DNA from: Octopus bimaculoides
Lineage: Eukaryota
Assembly: GCF_001194135.2 (NCBI RefSeq)
Contig: NC_068999.1
Coordinates: 8,440,534-8,485,890, forward strand
Direction: 5' to 3'
DNA length: 45,357 nucleotides
In this document: piece by piece, positions 34,807 to 45,357 of the stretch
Layout of the letters: every line of letters begins with the position of its first letter
How positions within the stretch are numbered: position 1 is the stretch's first letter
Notes under the pieces: model-generated
The model's database searches: none
Told to the model about the DNA's origin: nothing
Seen by the model: the letters and a program-made list of their open reading frames with translations, nothing else
Position numbers and translations under genes: made by a program

Positions 34807-34951
34807 CGTACATACATACATACATACATATATATATATGTATGTATGTATGTATGCATATATGTGTGTGTGTATATATATATATGTGTGTGTGTGTATA
34901 TATATATATGTGTGTATGTATGGATATTGTATTTCAGGCTGGTCAAATATA

Positions 34952-34986
<35 letters not shown>

Positions 34987-35029
34987 TAATGATGTGATGT
35001 GTATTAATATTGTATATATATATATATAA

Positions 35030-35190
35030 ACGTACACAACAGGCTTCTTTCAGTTTCTGTCTACCAAATCCACTCACAAGGCTTTGGTCAGCCCAGAACT
35101 ATAGTAGAAGACACTTGCCCAAAGTGCCATGCAGTGGGAATGATCCCAGAACCATGTGGTTGGGAAGCAAGCTTCTTACCACACAGCATG
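35030..35190 (-). mobile_element. SINE family A, 5' half; another partial copy on - at about 33053-33200
   Basis: ggcttctttcagtttctgtctaccaaatccactcacaaggctttgg...gcttcttaccacacagc. Confidence 0.85.
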
Positions 35191-35904
35191 CCTATATGTG
35201 TGTGTGTGTGTATATATATATGTAAATAATGTATGTATGTATTGATATATATACTTAGTAAGTCTGTGTGTAATGAAAAGGAGAGAAGGTCATAACTAGA
35301 ATGCTTTGGATCTGCTTGATCTGGACTGACCTGGGGTTATATGCAAATCTTGCATATTGTTGACTAGAACCGTCAATCAAACACATCACATATTAAATGT
35401 TATTGATTTTTTTTTATGTCAACATTTTTTTCCATGCTGGCATGAGTTGGATGAGACTTTGAGATACAAAATTTCGTGGTAGGATGTTCTTCCTGTTGCC
35501 AACCCTTACTTAATTTTCTATTCCACTGATCATTGCATGTCGAAGCTGATGAGCTGTAAGATGTGTCCGCTAACCGGAGACATGTAACATCTTCATGGCT
35601 TGTCCAGTATCAATGTAATGACACATGGAAATTAAACATTCATACACACACACACATACATGCGGCACAGTTCAAAGGGTAACACAAAAGGCAAGACATG
35701 TTACCAAAGTTACGGATGCGGAAGATCAGGTCCCCACTCAACCTTTTTCTCAGGCATGATAAGACAGTCTTCACAACATTAGACGGGCTAGAATACAGAG
35801 TTTGCAGGCTGAAATTTTTGCAGAGTAAAACAGATGAATGGGGATCAGCAGCCAATCTCACAGAACACATGTAGATTATATTAAGCATTAATACCAATTG
35901 TGAA

Positions 35905-36236
35905 AGTGCATAGCACAGTGGTTAGAGCGCTCGGCTCACAATCACGAAGTAGTGAGTTCAATTCCCAAACCAGGCTGTGTGTTGTGTTCTCGAGCAAGAC
36001 ACTTTATTTCACATTACTCCAGTTCACTCAGCTGTAGAAATGTGTTGCGACATCACTGGTGCCAAGCTGTATCAGCCTTTACCATTTCATTGGATAACAT
36101 CGGTGGCATGAAGAGGGGAGGTTGGTATGCATGAGCGACTGCTGGTCTTCCATAAACAACCTTGTCCGGACTTGTGCCTCGGAGAACTTTCTAGGTGCAA
36201 TCCCATGGTCATTCCTGACCGATGGGGGTCTGTACC
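35905..36236 (+). mobile_element. tRNA-derived SINE, family D
   Basis: Homologous to 44958-45297 over its full length. Confidence 0.85.
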
Positions 36237-37267
36237 CTTTTATCCAATACCAACTATTTTTCCACCCTCCAGGGTTCTGCCACCGATACCTTGTCAACAT
36301 GATCTTTATCTCTCTTCCTAGCTCCACACTGAGGACTCCCACCCACTTTTGGATAATGTGAGTAACCATCGATCTCTTCCACAGCAAAGAAAACTTGTTC
36401 TACCCCTTTCCTTCATACTTTAATCTTTCATCATCTAGCATAACATTGCTACCTCCCTCTCAACTGATGGGGATCTTAGTCATATGGGCCAGATGACAAC
36501 TTCACCATTGCTGGTGCCACAAAAAAAATAAAAAAATAAAAAAAGGGACCGATATACTTTATGAAGTGGTTGGCATTAGGAAGGGCATCCAGCCATAAAA
36601 ACCATGCGAAAGGCAAATGTCAGAATATGACCCAGTTATCTAACCTGTTGGGTCCCGTCAAGCTGTCCAACCCGCCTGTGCCAGCAAGGAAGCTTTTAAA
36701 AGTTGATAATGATGAGACAACAAGGACATGCGCACATGCACACATACACACACATGCGCGCATGTGTGCACAACAGGGTTTTGTACAGTTTCCATCTTTG
36801 ATGACAAGGCAGTGATCAGCCTAAAGGCTACAGCAGAAGACAGTTGCTCTAGGTATCACACAGTGGGATAGAACCGGAAACCATGTGGTTACAAAGGCAA
36901 CTCTGTCAGAGCTGTGTAAACACACAGCTCTGACAGAAAGGTCAAGAAAATAGCGCTGCACTGCATCTCACATAACTGACAGCCAGNNNNNNNNNNNNNN
37001 NNNNNNNNNNNNNNNNNNNNGTCCCGGAGAAATTCAGAGAATGTTGCTCGACCAATGTGAAGCACAATTGTACGAGATAAATGACCTGTACTTCGAGAAG
37101 CACGTATACCAATTTATGTTTGACTAATCATGCTTTGTTTTGAAATAACAACCCACTAATTAGGACTTGATCAGCTATCTCTTATGCCCCCAAATGCAGG
37201 CCTGCCACATACTACGTATGTGCCCTGAGAACAGAGCTACGAATTAATTTCTTTTTTTTTTCATTAA

Positions 37268-37489
37268 CCCTTTCGTTACCGTATTTATTTGTGAGATGCT
37301 CTGTGTTTCTTTCAATTACTTTAAATATAACAAAGAATTTAGTAAAATAACTTAGTTATCATTCAGCTAGTGTTAGGAACATAAATTGTGATTAAGGTTT
37401 GGAGGAAGATTTTAATTTAAGACTTATAAAAACAAGACATTTGTACTACAGAGTCAGAACCGGTTTCAGCCGGGTTTGTATCGAAAGGG
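37268..37489. mobile_element. piggyBac-like MITE, copy 1
   Basis: TTAA (37264-37267), CCCTTTCG...CGAAAGGG termini, TTAA (37490-37493). Confidence 0.85.
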
Positions 37490-37513
37490 TTAAAAATATC
37501 ATGGTGACTTTAA

Positions 37514-37724
37514 CCCTTTTGTTACCATATTTCTGTTGAGATGCTCTGTGTTTCTTGCAATTAATTTTAAATATATGAAAGAATTTAGTAAAATAACTTA
37601 GTTATCATTAAGCTAACGTTAGGAACATAAATTGTGACTAAGGTTTCGTGGAAGATTTTAATTCAAGACTTTTGAAGACAAGACAGTTGTAGCCAGAACC
37701 AGAGCCAGGTTGGTAATGAAAGGG
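37514..37724. mobile_element. piggyBac-like MITE, copy 2
   Basis: TTAA (37510-37513), CCCTTT...AAAGGG termini, TTAA (37725-37728). Internal sequence homologous to copy 1. Confidence 0.85.
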
Positions 37725-38404
37725 TTAATCAATCACTGTGTGTGCTGATGCATAACTCTACAAATTTGTATTTAATAAGGTACTTCTCTGCCTTTATATA
37801 TAGATCCAGTAATTAATATCTCTATGCCCTAATACATTAATATATTAGTGTTTAATTAGCTCTTTCTTAATCTCTATATCATAGTTCAATTAAAGCAGAA
37901 ATGAATAGGGTTTAATTACTCATCAGCGAAAAGCATGTGAGTGTACAATTTAAGTACATAAAAAAATTAACAAAAATTAAACCAATTCAACTACACAAAA
38001 AAAAAAAAAAAAAAATTACGTGAATTTATGAATTTACAGACTGATCCAACCCCAGCATACTGGCATGATTAAAAACAATAAAAAAGAAACCCAGAAACAA
38101 TACAACCCCCAAATGAAATGAAACGAATATTAAAAATATTTTTTTTTTAAAAATAATAATATAGAATATTTTTTTTAAAGATTTAAAAATGGAGAACTTG
38201 ACATTTGTGAGAGAAATAGGATAAATATCCTAAAAGAGTTCCATTTACAATATTTACAATTTGTTGGAAAATTTCTCTTTCCCTAAAAGTTAATACTGAA
38301 CAGTTTTCACATGCTTTAGTTTGCTTTAAATTTCTATTTTCCTCTTTGCATAGAAAAAGTAGAAAAAAAAAAAAAAAAAGAGAAATCTTGTTTGGAGAAT
38401 TTGG

Positions 38405-38715
38405 CTACGGCTGTTGAGGATCTGGATTTGGTTCAGAAGATTCAGGAAGGGCACTCCTGACATGTTCCACCAGATCAAGGCTTGCTAATGCTTCATTGAT
38501 TATCTTATGTTGAGCACTACGGGCCTTGTAGTGAACGTATGTCTTAAGATTCTGTTTAACTTTGAATCGATAGCATTTCAGTATTTTGGCGGAATTGGTG
38601 TTTTTGCATCTAGGCGGTAGTTTTAGAGTTGGTTTCTTTAAAGTTCTCTTTTTATTTGTTGAATCGGTTATGGAATTATCCTTTTCGAGCTGATGCATTT
38701 TGATCATTGAAATGG
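38405..38715 (-). CDS. Candidate terminal exon or orphan ORF; 100 aa from ATG 38707 (MIKMHQLEKDNS...HKIINEALASLDLVEHVRSALPESSEPNPDPQQP*)
   Basis: Strong T-tract acceptor (ttttttttttttcttctag, AG at 38717-38716), more than 100 stop-free codons of non-repetitive sequence, then an AT-rich UTR-like stretch. No family recognised and no upstream exon assigned. Confidence 0.45.
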
Positions 38716-39093
38716 CTAGAAGAAAAAAAAAAAAAAGACAATACACCTAAGTATATATATATATATATGTATAATATATATCTACATATGTGTGTATTAT
38801 ATTTTACAAAAAATATATATATGTATAAACATAAATATATATATATATGTATTATATGAATTTGTTGTGAAGACAGATCTAACTGGGACTTCAAATTTCG
38901 CCCATCATCTTGTTCAGCAAGTGAAATAATATTGGTCCACTTGCAGGAAGAAAAGCCTTATCCTAACCAACTGAATTTTCACAATGAATTTGATTCTACA
39001 ATCAACACAGGGTAACACCACCAGAAAATGTTTAATTGTTACTCTTAAAAACGATTTTAAATAGCTGCAATATTTTAACACACACACACCTAT

Positions 39094-39137
<44 letters not shown>

Positions 39138-39484
39138 GCATACATACATATATATGAATGGTCGATGCAAGTGCCCCTTGACTGGCTCCCGTGATGGTGG
39201 CATTTAAAATGCACCATCCAAACGTGGTCAATGCCAGTGCCTTCTGACTGGCTCCTGTGCCGGCGGCATGTAAAAAAGCACCTACTACACTCTCAGAATG
39301 GTTGGTGTTAGGAAGGGCATCCAGCTGTAGAAACCTTGCCAGATCAGATTGGAGCACGGTGCAGCCCACTGGCTTGTCAGACCTCAGTCAATCTGTCCAA
39401 CCCATGCCAAAATGGAAAGCAGACATTAAACGACAACGATGATGATGATGATGATGATGATGTATGTATATAATTTAATGAATA

Positions 39485-39666
39485 CAGGAATTATATGTGA
39501 ACTACTTTAAGTTTCATGTTAAGACAGTGCAGTAATTTGACAGGCATGCATAGCATACCATGCGCAAACCAGTAATTGTTCAAATGTGCACAGAATGCTA
39601 TGCAAGCCTGCCTGATTACTGCATTATGTGAACATGAAACTTGAATCAGTTCATGTATAACTCCTG
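39485..39666. repeat. Imperfect palindrome of about 180 bp (foldback/MITE-like)
   Basis: caggaattatatgtgaactactttaagtttcatgtt...gcagtaat...caggcatgcatagcat pairs with the reverse complement caggagttatacatgaactgattcaagtttcatgtt...gcagtaat...caggcttgcatagcat. Confidence 0.85.
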
Positions 39667-39799
39667 GTTTCTGTATTCCTCAAATGGTACTCATCTGTTG
39701 TTAGATTGAATATATTTTGTCGACTGTATGGAAGTTCGAATTCATGTTTGATTGCATCTCTCGAAAAAAAGCCCTGAAATTGATATTCACATAAATTTA

Positions 39800-39834
<35 letters not shown>

Positions 39835-40096
39835 ACAATATTAAGGGATTTAGGAGAGAATCACGTACTTAAATGGTAGGCTTCAGGTTGGGTTGAATTA
39901 ACTTGTAAACACCCCTGGAGACAAGGTGTGTTCCCACTGTGCTCATGGATTGTTCTATTGTTTTGAAATTCTATGTATCATCTGATGAAAACAGTTTTTT
40001 GCTATGATGTAGTGTACTAATTCATCTATTAAAAACTGAGTTAGAAACAACTGTAATGCACTGATATTCATTCATCGTCTGTTATAAATTTATTTG

Positions 40097-40149
<53 letters not shown>

Positions 40150-40498
40150 TCATTATCATCGTTTAACATCCACTTTCCATGCTGGCATGGGTTGGATGGG
40201 TTGACTGAGGACTGGGAAGCCAGGAGGCTGCATCAGGCTCCAGTCTGATCTGGCAAAGTTTCAACACCTGGATGCATTTCCTAACGTCAACCACTCCAAG
40301 AGTGCAGTGGGTGTTTTTTACAGGCCACTGACACAGGGGCCAAGTCCATGCTCAAATATATACAGAAACACACACGCGCGCATATATTGGGGTCTGGTGC
40401 AGTCTTCCAGTGTGCCAGCCCAGCCAGTCAAATCATCCAACCCATGCCAGCATGGACAACAGACGTTAAATGATGATGATGATGAATGTATTATGTGA

Positions 40499-40715
40499 AG
40501 GCGGCGAGCTGGCAGAAGCGTTAGCACGCTGGGCGAAATGCTTAGCGGTATTTTGTCTGCTGCTACGTTCTGAGTTCAAATTCCGCCGAGGTCGACTTAA
40601 GCCTTTCATCCTTTCGGGGTCGATAAATAAAGCACCAGTTACGCACTGGGGTCGATGTAATCGACTTAATTTGTTTGTCCCCTCTATGTTTAGCCCCTTG
40701 TGGGCAATAAAGAAT
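40499..40715 (+). mobile_element. tRNA-derived SINE, family B, well preserved; further copies on - at about 32528-32632, 41495-41675, 42085-42300
   Basis: ggcggcgagctggcagaagcgttagc...gagttcaaattcc...gcctttcatcctttcggggtcgataaa...gccccttgtgggcaataaaga. Confidence 0.9.
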
Positions 40716-41709
40716 ATGAATGTATTATGTGAATATCAGTTTGGGGGCCTTTCCTAGAGATGTAATCAAACATGGACTTGAAGTTGTGACACAAAATCCT
40801 TAAGCCATTTCCCAGCTTAAAACCACCACCTGGACCATGGCTGTATTTAGCAGGGGCCTCCAAAAAACCTAACTTTCAGGTTACAGCTTAAGGTCAAGGA
40901 TAACTGCCAACTTTCATCACACCACCAAGGAATGAACATAGACATAGCCCTGCCCTGCCCTTGCCGTTCTGACCGAACAAAAAAAAAAAGCAAAAATGAA
41001 AGTAAAAAAAAAAAAAAGATGTCAACTAATAATTTGTTTGTTTGTTTAATATTAACATATCTCTGGGAATCGAAACCATGATCTGGCGATCGTGAGAACA
41101 ACACTCTAACCACTAGGCTGTGTGTTTTGTATTCTTGAGCAAAAACACTTCATTTCACGCAACGTCAGTCCTCGCTGCTGTGAATGAGTAATCTTGCGAG
41201 GGATTGACGTACAAAGGTGAGATGGTGGTGACTCAGAAAAATCACGTCTCATGAGTCACGTTTCGTATTCAAAGTTCGAAAGGAAGAATCGTAAAACCAG
41301 CACTGAGAACCCCGACTGGTCGGGATTGGTTGTTAAATCACATCGGAGCATATTTATTGCGTTTTTGTTGATATAAAAATTGGCCATCACCCAATTTCCC
41401 TCCCTCGCTACGTGGATACAAAATAAGCAGCTAAAGGGTGATAAGGGAGGCAACTCTTTAACATACTGAAGCTGTCGATGCAGCGAGGATAAATATTCGT
41501 TTCTACTCTAGGCACAAGGTCCAAGATTTTGGGGGAAGGGGCCAGTCGATTAGATCCGAAAAGATGAAGGGCAAAGTCGACCTCGGCGGAATTTGAACTC
41601 AGAACGTAAGGACGGACGAAATACCACTAAGCATTTCGTCCGGCGTGCTAACGTTTCTGCTAGCTCGCCACCTTAAGAATAAATAAATAAATATGGATAA
41701 TGTCTAGCA

Positions 41710-42075
41710 ACTGAGAGAGGGTCACGGCTGGAAGGCTTTTGATAAAAGGTCTACTCGATCGAGTCTGACGTGAGCAAAACAACAATAATAATAAACACCA
41801 AATCAATGACGGTTGGAACGTCTTTAATCATTGGCTGGTTCGATTGAAATTCACTTGGATCAAAACAATAATAATAAACCGTGTCAACGAGGGATGGTTA
41901 CGGCTGGAACGCATTTGATTAGATTCCAGCTCGATCGAAGCTGACGTGAAACTACACAACATATAGCCGAGCCAATGAGGGCTGGCCACGGCTTGGAGCG
42001 TCTTTGATTAAGCGCTTGCTCACTTAAGGTTGACAAGGAGCAAAACAACAACAACAACAACAACAACAATAATAA
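41710..42075 (+). repeat. Four diverged head-to-tail units of about 88 bp, each ending in a CAA/AAT-rich tail
   Basis: acgg(c/t)tgga cores at 41724, 41809, 41900, 41988 (spacings 85, 91, 88). Confidence 0.8.
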
Positions 42076-42558
42076 TAATCCTTTCTACTAGTAGGCACAA
42101 GGCTTGGAATTTTGGGGGGAGTGTGGGGGGAGCAGTCGATTACATCGACCCTTTCCCCAGTACTCGACTGGTACTTGTTTTGCCGACCCTGACAGGATGA
42201 AAGGCAAAGGCGACCTCAGTGGAATTTGAACTCAGAACACAAAGGCGGACGAAAAGCCAAACAGCTTTTAGTCCGGCATGCAAGCGATTCTGCAAACGAA
42301 TCCGATCGAAAGAAGGAATCAATCACTACATGAAAACACAATGTGGAAAGGTCGCACGTATGCAATATGGAGGGTTGAAAGACATCGATTAACTGGGATT
42401 ATCCGTGCAATTAAAAGAAAAAAATTCCCGCTGGCGTGTATCTGATGAATGCAATGGACATGTTTCTGTGTTACTACATCTCTTCAGTGAGACTGACAGT
42501 GATTGATAAATAGAATAATAGATGGACTGTAATGACAGTGAATATAATAATAGTAGTA

Positions 42559-42606
<48 letters not shown>

Positions 42607-43092
42607 CCCGGATGCAGTACCAGGCAATGGCTTTCATGGCTTCTTATCTTAACTGATTGGAAGTGTTATCATGTACATTGTTTTGTCTTGGTATAAAATG
42701 ATGGGCTACAACAAATATTCTGCTCAATACCACAGATTTCCTTGTTAGATGTTTGACCTTAACCCGTTGAGCATGTCCCTTGGTGGCTGACGATATGTGC
42801 ATCTCTGATCATGAGCAGAAGTAGTGGAGGAGCATCATAATGTGTCGAGAGGAATTCTTTGGGGTTTGGCTAATTCATCTCTGGAAACATGGATGTTTCG
42901 TTCAACATCCTTAAACAACCCTGATTCAGGGACCATTTGAGTGGGATGGGCTACTCGACCTGAAAAAAATTCTAACTGGGCCCCACTTGCGAGGTCATGC
43001 GCTGTTAATCTTCATATGAGAAAATGATGACAATGATGATGATGATGAGTGCAAAAGAGTTAGTGTTGATGATCTATAGACATCAGTAATAT

Positions 43093-43433
43093 TGTAAAGA
43101 TCCATTTTGGTCATGAATGACCATGGGATTGCACCTACAAAGTTACCCTCCGAGGGACAAGTCTGGGCAAGGTTGTTTATGGAAGACCAGCAGTTGCCCA
43201 TGCATACAAGACTCCCCTCAACGTGCCACCAATGTTATCCAAAGGAAAGGCAAAGGCTGATACAGTTGGCACCAGTGATGTTGCAATTCATTTTTACAGC
43301 TGATGTGAACTGGAGCAACGTGGAAATAAAGTGTCTTGCTCAACAACACAACACAGAGCGCGATCTGGGAATCGAATTCACTACCTTGTGATTGTGAGCC
43401 CGACACTCTAACCACTGAGCTATGTGCCTTCGC
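43093..43433 (-). mobile_element. tRNA-derived SINE, family D, with 13-bp TSD
   Basis: TSD ACATCAGTAATAT at 43080-43092 and 43434-43446; body is the reverse complement of the 44958-45297 type. Confidence 0.9.
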
Positions 43434-43768
43434 ACATCAGTAATATATACATATATTAGACATTCTACTTGTTCAAACCAGCAAGATCAGGCCTATCACA
43501 CCTACCCTGTAATGTCTTTCTAGAAATAAACAATCACATCATTCAAATCTTGAAGCTAGGAGACAATTCATGATTGATTCAAAACAATGTGAAAAAAACC
43601 CATTACATTTGACCGAGGAATCTGAATGTAAAAGAGCAGGTGTTAATGATCTATATACATCAGTGATATATATATATATATATATACATATCAAGGAGGT
43701 GCTGCCTAGGTAGGCAAAATAGGCATTGCCTACCTTGGATAAAATAAATCGATAACATTGTATGCGCA

Positions 43769-44173
43769 GGAGTGGCTGTGTGGTAAGTAGCTTGCTTACC
43801 AACCACATAGTTCTGGGTTCATTCCCACTGCGTGGCACCTTGGGCAAGTGTCTTCTACTATAGTCTCGGGCCGACTAAAGCCTTTGTGAGTGGATTTGGT
43901 AGATGGAAAACTGAAAGAAGCCCGTCGTATATATATATGTGTGTGTATATGTTTGTGTGTATATGTTTGTGTGTCTGTGCTTGTCCCCCCAACATCGCTT
44001 GACAACCGATGCTGGTGTGTTTACGTCCCCGTAACTTAGCGGTTCGGCAAAAGATACCGATAGAATAAGTACTAGGCTTCCAAAGAATGAGTCCTGGGGT
44101 CGATTTGCTTGACTAAAGGCGGTGCTCCAGCATGGCCACAGTCAAATGACTGAAACAAGCAAAAGAGTAAAAG
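43769..44173 (+). mobile_element. tRNA-derived SINE, family A, full length
   Basis: ggagtggctgtgtggtaagtagc to gactgaaacaagcaaaagagtaaaaga. Confidence 0.9.
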
Positions 44174-44523
44174 AACAACATTTTTCTTTCATGGCAAAAT
44201 ATTGCACCTAATTCAATAAAATCACAAAAGTTACTCGGATTACTTTTTTAAATATTTTATTTTTTCATAGATTAGGTAGGCATAATTCGACCCTGCCTTT
44301 CAATCTCAGTATCAAAACTACGCATAGAACTGCTGTACTACACATGCCACGTACATTCCTACAGCGTTTTCTTTACGTGCTATAAAGGCAGAAATAAATC
44401 TGCCTTCAATTCAGTCACGCGCCTGTGCTTCGCTTATCTTTTTTGTGTGTTTTACTACATAAAGGTCACCAACTGCTTACCCTGACTAATTACTGACGGC
44501 ACAGGCCTGATATATATTACATA

Positions 44524-44741
44524 CAAGGTGCGGCAGAAATTCCCCCTCCCCCCTCACATTTCAAAGGTTTACAAAAGGAAAAAGAAACATTTACGAAAAA
44601 TTAATTTTACTATTGTTTAAAGAAAGGGTTACAGTTTTTGTTCATTAGCTAAATGAAAACATCTTTGGCATATTTGCATAAGTTTATTAGCAACACATAG
44701 GTGAAAGTTGAAAATGTAGGAGGTATTTCTGCCGTACCCTG
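44524..44741. mobile_element. Tc1/mariner-type MITE (diverged)
   Basis: TIR caaggtgcggcagaaatt versus cagggtacggcagaaata (reverse complement); TA on both sides (44522-44523, 44742-44743). Confidence 0.75.
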
Positions 44742-44957
44742 TATATACATATACATTACGTACATATATATTACATATATGTATAGTTAGGAAGGGCATC
44801 CAGCTGTAGAAACTCTGCCAAATCAGATTGGAGCCTGGTGCAGCCTTCTGCTTCATCAGTCCTCAGTCAAATCGTCCAACCCATGCTAGCCTGGAAAGCG
44901 GACGTTAAACGACGACGACGACGACGACGATGATGATGATGATGATGTATACATATA

Positions 44958-45297
44958 GGTGAAGGCGCATGGCTCAGTGGTTAGAACGTCGAGCTTATGA
45001 TCGTGAGGTTGTGAATTCGATTCCTGGACCGGGCTGCATGTTGTGTTCTTGAGCAAGACACTTCATTTCACTTTGCTCCAGTTCACTCAGCCGTAGAAAA
45101 TGAGTTGCGACGTCACAGGTGCCAAACTGTATCGGCCCCTTTGCCTTTCCCTTGGATAACATCGGTGGTGTAGAGAGGGGAGGCCTGTATGCATGGGTGA
45201 CTGCTGGTCTTCCATAAACAACCTTGCCCGGACTTGTACCTTGGAGAGTAACTTTCTAGGTGCAGTCCCATGGTCAGTCACGACCGAAGGGGGTCTC
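44958..45297 (+). mobile_element. tRNA-derived SINE, family D, full length
   Basis: A box tggctcagtgg, B box-like gaattcgattcc, body ttcttgagcaagacacttcatttcac...ccataaacaaccttgcccggacttg...gaccgaagggggtct. Confidence 0.9.
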
Positions 45298-45357
45298 AGC
45301 ATACATATACATATATTGAAGGCTAACAGGTTAAATATTACATACTTTGATGTGCAG

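Noticed and set aside
38914-40100. Candidate upstream exons for the 38405 ORF (e.g. GFFSRDAIKHEFELPYSRQNIF... after an acceptor near 39775; phase-1 donor near 39868)
   Set aside because: No chain with matching phase, a start codon and strong donors could be built; left unassigned.
43708-43735. 10-bp hairpin AGGTAGGCAA / TTGCCTACCT
   Set aside because: Short, likely an internal motif of a decayed DNA transposon; no supporting context.

Overview
AT-rich, repeat-dense eukaryotic genomic DNA with large N gaps. The SINE families and microsatellite load look like an Octopus assembly (inference, not verified). Two spliced protein-coding genes converge tail to tail. (1) The last four coding exons of LRRC40 on + (904-3328). 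(2) A complete three-exon, 165-aa divergent calmodulin-like EF-hand gene on - (24586-10000); its middle exon (11508-11411) is missing from the ORF track and I found it by splice-phase matching. A candidate orphan terminal exon or ORF lies on - at 38715-38405. The rest is tRNA-derived SINEs (at least four families), MITEs (hAT, Tc1/mariner, piggyBac-like), decayed LINE fragments (R4/RLE-type, CR1-type), two different Penelope-like RT fragments (one Naiad-like), long palindromes and microsatellites. The most unusual signal is a recurrent composite repeat: tRNA-like Pol III head, then (AAT)n, then a Penelope-type tail carrying a minimal hammerhead ribozyme motif, arranged as inverted pairs at two separate loci. 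No rRNA, true tRNA or CRISPR array is supported. Most ORF-track entries are artefacts of microsatellites, SINEs or N runs. All alignments were done by eye.
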